A program made the position numbers and the translations under genes. Source: Paraspadella gotoi (lineage: Eukaryota; Animalia; Chaetognatha). Taken from it: DNA of 64,000 nt. Below are positions 55,622-64,000 of this stretch, piece by piece. The DNA is taken from positions 29,887,693 through 29,951,692 of the forward strand of contig CM119264.1 in NCBI GenBank assembly GCA_051294375.1, given 5' to 3'. The notes beneath the pieces were generated by a model. It did no database searches, had not been told where the DNA came from, and saw only the letters and a list, made by a program, of their open reading frames with translations. Every line of letters begins with the position of its first letter. Within the stretch, counting starts at the first letter, position 1.

Positions 55622-56336
55622 AAAAAACACGAGACAATAGAATAGGCTGGAAGGGTAATTGGACGGGAAAGGAAAGAATAGGGAAAGAAGAGAGAAGAGA
55701 GAGGCAGAAGAGAAAGAGAGCAGAGAGAAGAGAGGAAGAGAAGAGAGAGGAGAGAGAAGAGCCGCGCTTTGCGGTTTTTTACTGCTTAGGTAAGCATTCA
55801 GGTCAACGGTTAGTATGTTAGTGCTATGGGATTAGATTAGTGATTCCTTAAAGAATTGGCTAAGATTATTGGCAGATGTTTATTTTAAGGTTACAAATCA
55901 GTGTCACCGGACAAAGGATTCAAGAAATAAAGGGGCTAAAATTCAGAAATTAAGTCTTCTATTGTTTCGCGTTTCCTTTTGAATAACACGGAGGCGCTCC
56001 GTCCGATTTGAGCCGTCAAATTCTGGGTCTCTGGTTTATCTTTTGTTTCTCACCGCGTGGGCGGGCGGCTCTGCAACGTGGCGCTGCAATCGACTTCGCG
56101 CGATGAAGCGCCCTCATCGTGTCTTTTTGTATGCGTCTCTATTATTTTCCGAGAATCTTTTCTATCATTTTATCTACCTCATTTTTATTCTAGTAAAAAA
56201 GGCGAATACAATCTAGCTAAAGAGACCTAAAAGGATTTTTGGCAAAACACATAAAAGAGACCCGGAAAGGGTCTTTAAAGAACTTAAAAGACCCGAAGAC
56301 CTTAAAAAACTTTAAAAAATATACCGAAAGGACCTT

Positions 56337-56858
56337 CTCGAACCCACGACCCCAGGATTAAGAGTCCTGTGCTCTTGCATAGATCTTCCGTTTCTATTTT
56401 ACTGTGCGATTTCCCGAAAAGTAAAATTTTTAATTTCAAATTTTAGATTTTTCTTTAAATTTTTTTTGAAACGTAAATTGCTGAAAGTTTATAATTTCAT
56501 TGTGCGTTTCATCATTTTGTAGTGTGTTTTATTTTTAGTTCAGTATGATTCACAGTCCCTTTTTTCCCGTGAAATTNNNNNNNNNNNNNNNNNNNNNNNN
56601 NNNNNNNNNNNNNNNNNNNNNNNNNNNNNNNNNNNNNNNNNNNNNNNNNNNNNNNNNNNNNNNNNNNNNNNNNNAAAATATAATTTTAAATGTGAAAATT
56701 TAAAATTAGTTTTACACTATGATTCATTGATACTTACCGTATCTTTTTATTTCATCTTTCCCTTTTAACTATCCTTTTGTTTTTTTTTATGAAACAACTT
56801 CCTTTTTAGTTTGAATCTGATTCTGATTGTTTGATTTTCTTTGCAAAAAAATCACGAT
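56337..56858 (+). repeat. Extra partial copy of the LTR element internal region, including the tRNA-Lys(CTT)-complementary stretch 56337-56376
   Basis: Colinear with 57354-57858. Reverse complement agagcaCAGGActcttaaTCCTGgggtcgtgggttcgag. Confidence 0.8.
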
Positions 56859-56963
56859 CACGTCTCTCTCTGCTCTCCTCTCTCTCTCTCTCCCTACTTT
56901 TCCTTTCCGTCAATTACCCCTCCACTCCTGATTTCTAGTAAATCGTCTCCGGTGATTTTTCTT

Positions 56964-58677
56964 AACAAGATAAGAGGCTCAGCCTACCGCCAGAACCTCC
57001 GATCTGCCATCCCCCCCGGCCTTCTCTTCCCTCCCTCTCACGCCTCCTCCTGCCCCTCCAGCCCGATCGTCGTCCCTCCTCTTCATCTCAGGAGTCCACG
57101 GATAGAGTCTTGGAGATCGGGCACAGACTCTCCTCAGCTTCTGCCTCTCGGGGTCTCGGGGTCTGCAAACCTTCCCTCTCCTTCTGTCCCTTTTATTGTA
57201 CCCTCCCTTGATAAAACCTTTGGGTTATATCTGTGTTCCTATTACATTACATACTTACCTCTAAACTTCCTCTTTTCTCCCTGATGAGAGACCATAGTTT
57301 AGTACCTACCTTTAGCAGATACCATCTTCCCCCAGTGGCGGGCCAATGTGGGGCTCGAACCACGACCTGCAGCCAGGATTAGAGTCCTGTGCTCTTGCTA
57401 GTCTTTTCCGTTTCTATTTAACTGTGCGATTTCCCGAAAAGTAAATTTTTATATATTTCAAATTTTTAGATTTTTCTTTTAATTTTTTTTTTGAAACGTA
57501 AATTGCTGAAGTTTATAAATTTCATTGGTGGCGTTTCATCAAGCCATCATTTTGTTAAGTGTGTTTTAAAATTTTTTAGTTCAGTATGATTCCCCCCCCC
57601 CCCCCCCCCCCTCAACCAGTCCCGCCTTTTTTCCAAGTGAAATTTTGAATTTTCGAAAAATATATTTTAAATGTGAAAAATTTAAAAATTAGTAGTGTTT
57701 TACACTATGATTCATTGATAACTGTTTTACCTAATCTTTTTATTTCATCTTTTTCCCTTTAAAAACTATCCTTTTGTTTTTTTAATGAAAAACACTTCCT
57801 TTTTAGTTTGAATCTGATTCTGATTGTTTGAAAATTTTCTTTGGCAAAAAAAATCACGAAAAAACCTAAACAAAAAAAAATATAAATTTTTGATTATTAA
57901 AAGTTAGCGTGCCTTACCATCCGCTTGAGTCAATTAGTACCCTCCTAATCCCCCTCACCCAAAAGCCACGCCCCCACCGCTGAAGACTGCAGATGAAGAA
58001 ACCAATGCCTTCGCTTTCCACCCTCTCCGATCCCACGAGACTTCAAGGCGACTTCCGGTTCCGGCTTTGCACAGCGCTGTCGTTCCTACAAAGTCCAATC
58101 AAGGCGAGGAGCTAAAGACAACATCCGCCCCGCCTCGCCACCTAAAAAATGGGCGTCCACCGCCCGCACCAATGCCGCCGGCTGACCCAGCCCAGCATCC
58201 GCCTCTCACCCTACTCTCAACAACTCCACGCCACAACCAAGATGATGGCGACGCCCACCTGTACATTCAAGAACCCAAGTGGGCGTCCTCCGAACCAAGA
58301 GAGGGGCAAACAAGATGGAGGCTCACCCTAGTACCCCGCGCCAGAACCCGGTCTCTCTCCCCCGGGCCTTCTCTTCCCCCCTCTCAACGCCTTCCTCCTC
58401 GCCATCGTCGTCCTCCGTCTTCATTCCAGGGAGTTCACGGATAGAAGTCTTGGAGATCGAGGACAGACTCTCTCCAAACTTCTCCCTCGGTCTTGGGGTC
58501 TGCAAAACCTTCCCCTCGGATCCTTCTCTCTCCCCTTTTATGAGACCACCTTGATTAACCTTTTGTTATATCTGTTTTCCACCCTATTACCATTACATAC
58601 TTACCTACTTAACCTCTTTTCCTCTGATGAGAGACTAGTTAGTACCCTCTACCTTTAGCTAGATACCCATCTTCCCA
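56964..58677 (+). mobile_element. Non-autonomous LTR retroelement (TRIM/LARD-like): LTRs ~56964-57334 and ~58309-58677, PBS from 57336, PPT 58297-58306
   Basis: ~370-bp direct repeats ending ..cttcccCA. The 5' LTR is followed by TGGCG..CCAATGTGGGGCTCGAAC (complement of tRNA-Lys 3' end including CCA). aagagagggg lies before the 3' LTR. No gag/pol; a 5' TG and a clean TSD are not evident. Confidence 0.75.
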
Positions 58678-60151
58678 GTCTTATCTAAAAATGAATTTAA
58701 AATTAAACTAAACAAAGTAAGATTAGTCAATCAGTAAACATATTAGAATCGTGTCTTCACCTGAGTATCGGGAATGTTGGTCGTTTGATCGCAAATTCGA
58801 TCGCGCGGCCATTTTTTATTTTTTTTTCGCCGCTTTTTTTTTTGCGATTTTTTTTTCTTTTTTCACTTAAATTTCATAAAGAATTTTTTTGATTCTTTTC
58901 CTCCAAAGCAAAAAAAAACCTAAAAACAAGGAACGGTTTATACCCAAGGTGTTGCGCCGGCATTACTTTTTATTTTACTATTATTATTTTAAAACTATAT
59001 TTAAATATTTTTTTAAAAAACAAAAGGAGGCAACCTTAAATTTGAATTTTCACCAAATGGCAATTAACTATAGTCAAGTTATAAACGTTTATAACGTAAG
59101 TTAGTACAAGACCGACGGGCAGACATCTGACAGAAAACCGACCGACCCAAAAAGTGACATTATAGAGTTGCTATCCGCGAGGTACTCGCGCGGGCGCAAC
59201 TATAAAAATTGGGAGTTTTAAAAAAAAAATTTGGAGAAGATGAAGGGCTTGCGAAGTCACGTTGTAGTTCGACCTATTCAAAGTATTCCGAAGGAATTTT
59301 TTGATTAATTTAATCTTTTTAAATAACTTATAATAACAAAAGATGGTAGACCCGTTGATTGAAAACCCTGCCGGGGGGGTTTTTATTATAGTATTATTTC
59401 TTGTAATAGGGATCCGAGACTTTAATCCCAACATAGAACTGGTTTTAAGTCAAGTGAAAAACGATCGGTTACTCAANNNNNNNNNNNNNNNNNNNNNNNN
59501 NATGAATTTTTGATGTAGTATAATTATAAATTATGATTTTTATAGTGGGTAGTCAAATTCTATTTCAAAATTCTTAATATTTCTAAAAAATAAATAAATT
59601 TAAAAATATATTCTATTTTCTCTTCCATTTCCTATTATTTTTTGTTTATTTTCTGAGATTAGATTTTCCTTTTTTCAAAACCGAATTTCCTCTGCATTTA
59701 AATCCCACGAAATTTCGACATAAAAGAGGAATTTGACTTTTTCATCTCCAGAGGTTATTTCTTCCTCTTTTCTCTCTTGGCTTCTGTTTGAGACGCCATC
59801 GGAGAATTTTTAGTCGGTCTGTCTGACTTTAAATTATTTTAATGCTGGTGAAGAGTATAATACACAAACGAGATAGCGATATTACTTTATTTTATTTTAT
59901 TTTATTTTATCTATTTAAAACAAAAAGCCAAATTCTCTGGAAAGCTTGCGGGGTCGTTCTATGCTATTATCTTTTAAATGAGAAAGAAGCCTTAAGTTTT
60001 ATATTGGTTGTACCGATTTCTTAAGATTGATTTTAATTTAAATCATAATAATATGCTATATTATATTTTTATCATTGTGTATATACTCTCTTTTCGTTGT
60101 TTTTGAAGTATTAGGAGAAAAACAGTTTTGGTTTGACAACGATTTTTTTTT

Positions 60152-60213
60152 GACATAATTAGCTGATGAAGGCTCTAACTGAATGAGCCGAAACATGTCT
60201 GGCTAATTATGTC
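60152..60213 (+). ncRNA. Minimal type I hammerhead ribozyme
   Basis: CUGAUGA 60163-60169, extra A, stem II GGCUC/GAGCC (60171-75/60185-89), GAAA 60190-93, palindromic ACAUGU stem III, GUC cleavage triplet ending at 60199, stem I gacauaauuagc/gcuaauuauguc. Confidence 0.75.
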
Positions 60214-60355
60214 CAAAAAAAAAATCGTTGTCAAACCAAAATTGTTTTTCTTCTAATTATATTTTTATCATAATTCTGTTCTGAGAGGTGGCAGTTTTTC
60301 TGTTTTCCTTTGCTAACCTCTATGCTCTTTTTTGTTTGCTCCTTTTGCTTATAGA

Positions 60356-60388
<33 letters not shown>

Positions 60389-61364
60389 CCTATCTCCTTC
60401 TATGTCCTTTTCTCTCGTCTCATCATTATCAAATTTATTCGTTTCTCCTTCGAGTTTTTTTAACGCTCTTAAGACACTTTGCTGAATTATTGAACAGTGA
60501 GTTAAAAAATTTGGGTAAAAAAGAAAGAAAGAAAGGAAGAAAGAAAAAAACTTTAAAAAATATCTTTCTTATTGAATATTGAACAAGAAAATAATTAAAG
60601 GAATGACGTTTAAATCATTTTTTTTAGTTTCAATGAATATTTTCCCGCGAGTCCCTGTAATTATTCCATCCTTTCCTTCCTTTCCTTCTTACCTTAAGTA
60701 ATTCAATTCACTCAACCGTTGAGAGATAAGAACTCCTCTTCCTTTTTTATTTTGAAAATTCCCTTTTTCTCGTTTAATATTCTGAAGTAATACTTTTTTT
60801 TTAAATCCTTTTTTGCTCCTTTTGTCTTTTATGTTGTCTTTTTTTCGTTGGAGCCGCAAAGACTGAAAACAAAATGACATATGAATCTCAATTTTTCGAT
60901 GGAAACGGAAAAAAAATTGGGCAGAGGAAAAAAACGTTAGGGTGTATCGAATATCGGGAAATTTAAAAAAAATTAATATGCTATATAAATATATTTAAAT
61001 TATTATTATTAATTTTGTTATATTTTTTTAAATAATAAAATTTAAAATTTAAAATTGTTTTAAATATTATATTTATGATAATCTTTTAAGGAAAAATAAT
61101 ATTTTTATATTGCTAAAGTTAATATTATTTAAATATTTTAAATCTGATTTTTTATATAATTTATCGATTCCATCGAGTTTGCAATCTGATTAATCAGATG
61201 AAATCCCGCGGCGTTTGCCCAATCCTCCGATCCGATTTTGATTCTCAAAAGGTTAAAAATCTTTTGATAATATTGAGGCTAGTTTTTATATTATTTGAGT
61301 TAAGTTACCTTAATATTTATACTTTTGCCTTGGATTCATTCAAAGAAAACAACAATCGACTCAC

Positions 61365-61539
61365 CCTATTGAAGGAAGCAAAACGTCCGGGATCGAATCC
61401 CGAGACAAACTGCCCATGCAGCAGCAAAGATAAGTCTTCGTTGCAGCGGAACATAGTTGCGCAACAGCAGGAGCAGCAGCAGCAGAGATAAGACTCCGAC
61501 GCAGTCGGACAAGGTAAGGCAACGGCAGCTGCATTTCAT
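61365..61539 (-). CDS. First coding exon of a putative secreted protein: MKCSCRCLTLSDCVGVLSLLLLLLLLRNYVRC|NEDLSLLLHGQFVSGFDPGRFASFNR
   Basis: ATG, poly-Leu h-region, VRC cleavage-like site and strong donor agg|gtgagt. One 1-nt indel was resolved using the other arm (tatgtccg). Confidence 0.6.
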
Positions 61540-61612
61540 GAAAAGATCCGATTGACTTTAACCGCCCGACGAACGAAACCCGGGGAAATGGAAAATCTTC
61601 AACTTTCCTTCC

Positions 61613-61655
<43 letters not shown>

Positions 61656-61754
61656 CGCAGATGAAGATCAAAAAATGTAAAAAAAAAAAAACCATGACGA
61701 TGACGATGACGAAGACGATGACGAATCATGTGAAAAACTTTGGACCCTCCCGGC

Positions 61755-61985
61755 TCCATTTTCCAAGATTGCCCCATTTCTGCTCTCTTTTCCAAGTGTC
61801 CAATTTCTGTTCTCCTTTTCAAGAGTGCCCCATTTCTGCTCTCATTTCCAAGAGTGCCCCATTTCTGCTCTCTTTTCTAATAGTGCCTTATTTCTGTTCT
61901 CTTTTCTAAAAGTACCCCATTTCTGTTCTGTTTTCCAAGAGTGCCCCATTTATGCTTCCTCTTCCAAGTATACCCCCTTTTCTGC
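61755..61985. repeat. ~30-bp minisatellite (agagtgccccatttctgctctcttttcca); inverse copy at 51575-51830
   Basis: Read directly. Confidence 0.85.
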
Positions 61986-62039
61986 TCGTTTATATCCAAG
62001 ATTTTAGTTTTAATATTTACCAAAAAAATATTTTTTAAT

Positions 62040-62212
62040 TCCTGAACCTGAATCCTAAACCCAAAACTTAAACCATTAATTTATTATACTACCCTCTAAC
62101 CATAAACCTTAATCTCTAACCTATTTCCCAAACCCTAATCACTAACCTCATCTCTAACCCTAATCCTTAAGCTAATCCTTAACCCTCTCCTCCATCTTAA
62201 TTTTTAACCCCA
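62040..62212. repeat. Degenerate (CCCTAA)-like repeats; inverse copy at 51358-51505
   Basis: aaccctaa, ctaacc and taaccc motifs. Confidence 0.6.
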
Positions 62213-62664
62213 AAAAATTAACCTATTTCCAAATATAAGATGAAACGTAGCGTTCTGAGAAAATAAGGCCGACCTGGCTCCGTCAGAAAAATCTACAATA
62301 TAACCAGTTACGCATCGCATCAATGATAATTGATAATCATTTGTAATAAGCATTACCAGGTGGCTGAGGACCATCAGGTGCCGAGATTGATCCTCAATGG
62401 TACCTACCCAGCGGGAAACGTGAGGACGGCCGTAAACCGCAGTGAGGGCCTGGAAAACCCTTCAAGCCTGGTTCCAAGCCCAGGACCCGTTTCCTTGCTG
62501 ATTGAGGGGGTTAAAGGAGTTGCGCATAGCACTCTTTAGCCCACTTAGCGTCTTTCCCACAGCTCCCTCTGTTAAAGTTAAAGGATAAACTCGAGGTCAG
62601 CAACTCGACCATCGCATTTCGCTATTCGCGATTCCTCTTCCCATCTATTTTCGTTTTTCTTTTT

Positions 62665-63220
62665 ACGAGATTCCGTTTCCAACGAAAATTGGAAGATTCG
62701 CTTTTTGACCGGAAGAAGATGGTGAGCGCTGGGGTGATGCATAGGGTGGTGACTGGGGTGATGGATGGGGTGGAGGCTGGGGTAATGGATGGGGTGNNNN
62801 NNNNNNNNNNNNNNNNNNNNNNNNNNNNNNNNNNNNNNNNNNNNNNNNNNNNNNNNNNNNNNNNNNNNNNNNNNNNNNNNNNNNNNNNNNNNNNNNNNNN
62901 NNNNNNNNNNNNNNNNNNNNNNNNNNNNNNNNNNNNNNNNNNNNNNNNNNNNNNNNNNNNNNNNNNNNNNNNNNNNNNNNNNNNNNNNNNNNNNNNNNNN
63001 NNNNNNNNNNNNNNNNNNNNNNNNNNNNNNNNNNNNNNNNNNNNNNNNNNNNNNNNNNNNNNNNNNNNNNNNNNNNNNNNNNNNNNNNNNNNNNNNNNNN
63101 NNNNNNNNNNNNNNAGGCTGGGGTAATGGATGGGGTGGAGGCTGGGTTAGAGGCTGGTGATGGCAGAGGAAATTCCCGTTGAGCAGCAGTGAAGGCAAAG
63201 GCTAAAATTTGTGAAGTGCT
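62665..63220 (-). CDS. Possible mucin-like exon with a 24-bp repeat (TPSITPAS)n; noisy inverse copy at 50345-50960
   Basis: ctcttcag| acceptor then TSQILAFAFTAAQREFPLPSPASNPASTPSITPAS...FRWKRNL. Mostly an N-gap, and the opposite strand (EAGVMDGV)n is equally open. Confidence 0.3.
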
Positions 63221-64000
63221 GAAGAGGAGAAGTTAACACTAAAAGAAGAATCTTATAACCGTGTAAGAATGTCAGGCATTCTGGCTGTCAATTTGTCAGG
63301 CTGTCAGACGCTTAGTAAGGCAGTCCTTCGGCAACGACAGAAAAATCCAAAAAGTTTTTTTTAAAAAATGGGCTGTGATCAAATTAAGCTGTTGTCAGTA
63401 AAAACCTGAAACTTTTTTTTAGTAATTAATGAATTAACCGAACAAAGCTGCAGTTCAGACACATGACAGCAAAGAGATTTCAATAAAATAAAGTAGAAAT
63501 TGAAAAAAAAGAATAAAAGCAGAAAGAAAAAGGAAAAGTTAAAAAAAAGAAAGAATTCGTCACCTCGACGAAAGTCAAACGGAGACTCTCTTTATGCCAT
63601 ATTCCTAAATCGCTCTCTCTCTCTCTCTCNNNNNNNNNNNNNNNNNNNNNNNNNNNNNNNNNNNNNNNNNNNNNNNNNNNNNNNNNNNNNNNNNNNNNNN
63701 NNNNNNNNNNNNNNNNNNNNNNNNNNNNNNNNNNNNNNNNNNNNNNNNNNNNNNNNNNNNNNNNNNNNNNNNNNNNNNNNNNNNNNNNNNNNNNNNNNNN
63801 NNNNNNNNNNNNNNNNNNNNNNNNNNNNNNNNNNNNNNNNNNNNNNNNNNNNNNNNNNNNNNNNNNNNNNNNNNNNNNNNNNNNNNNNNNNNNNNNNNNN
63901 NNNNNNNNNNNNNNNNNNNCTTTTCTTATGCTTGCCTCGAACTCCTCTTTATCTTGTCTCGAGCTTGCCTTCGGCTTGTCTTGAGCTTCCCTTCAATTCT

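Larger units (their letters stand above)
49150..64000. repeat. Large inverted duplication: arm 49150-55760 vs arm 56860-64000
   Basis: 49150-49230 matches the reverse complement of 63920-64000, 51990-52300 matches 61360-61615, and 55271-55700 matches 56890-57334 / 58309-58677. The left arm is noisier. Confidence 0.92.

Noticed and set aside
57281-57310. CUGAUGAG in both LTRs (also 58624) as a retrozyme hammerhead
   Set aside because: No stem II followed by GAAA in any of the three LTR copies.
56337-57394. Functional tRNA-Lys genes
   Set aside because: The 5' acceptor strand and A-box are missing, and CCA is templated next to an LTR end, so this is better explained as a PBS.

Overview
Repeat-rich, AT-rich eukaryotic (metazoan-like) DNA with many (GA/TC)n, (GAC/GTC)n and (GGTC)n microsatellites, N-gaps and indel noise typical of unpolished long reads. 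Much of the window is duplicated: a ~3 kb tandem duplication (0.4-5.9 kb), a spacerless fold-back (25.9-31.6 kb), a ~9-10 kb tandem duplication (24.2-37.3 vs 37.3-46.1 kb) and a ~7 kb inverted duplication (49.1-55.8 vs 56.9-64 kb). These are probably amplification or assembly chimeras, or two haplotypes. Genes I could reconstruct by hand: (1) a minus-strand CD225/dispanin (IFITM/PRRT-like) gene with three phase-compatible exons (47990-48182, 21468-21594, 21046-21106); (2) a plus-strand secreted proprotein with furin-type RxRR sites, about 13 copies of a 15-aa Asn/Ala repeat and a cationic amphipathic tail (2.8-5.9 kb); (3) the first exon of another signal-peptide protein (61365-61539, inverted copy 52086-52294). 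Mobile or structured elements: a frameshifted LINE reverse transcriptase, a DINE-1/HINE-like family, tRNA-derived SINEs, a 1.7 kb non-autonomous LTR element with an unusually long (~60 nt) tRNA-Lys(CTT)-complementary PBS and a solo-LTR counterpart, and a minimal type I hammerhead ribozyme at the tip of a ~50 bp hairpin. Almost all ORFs in the supplied track are microsatellite artefacts.
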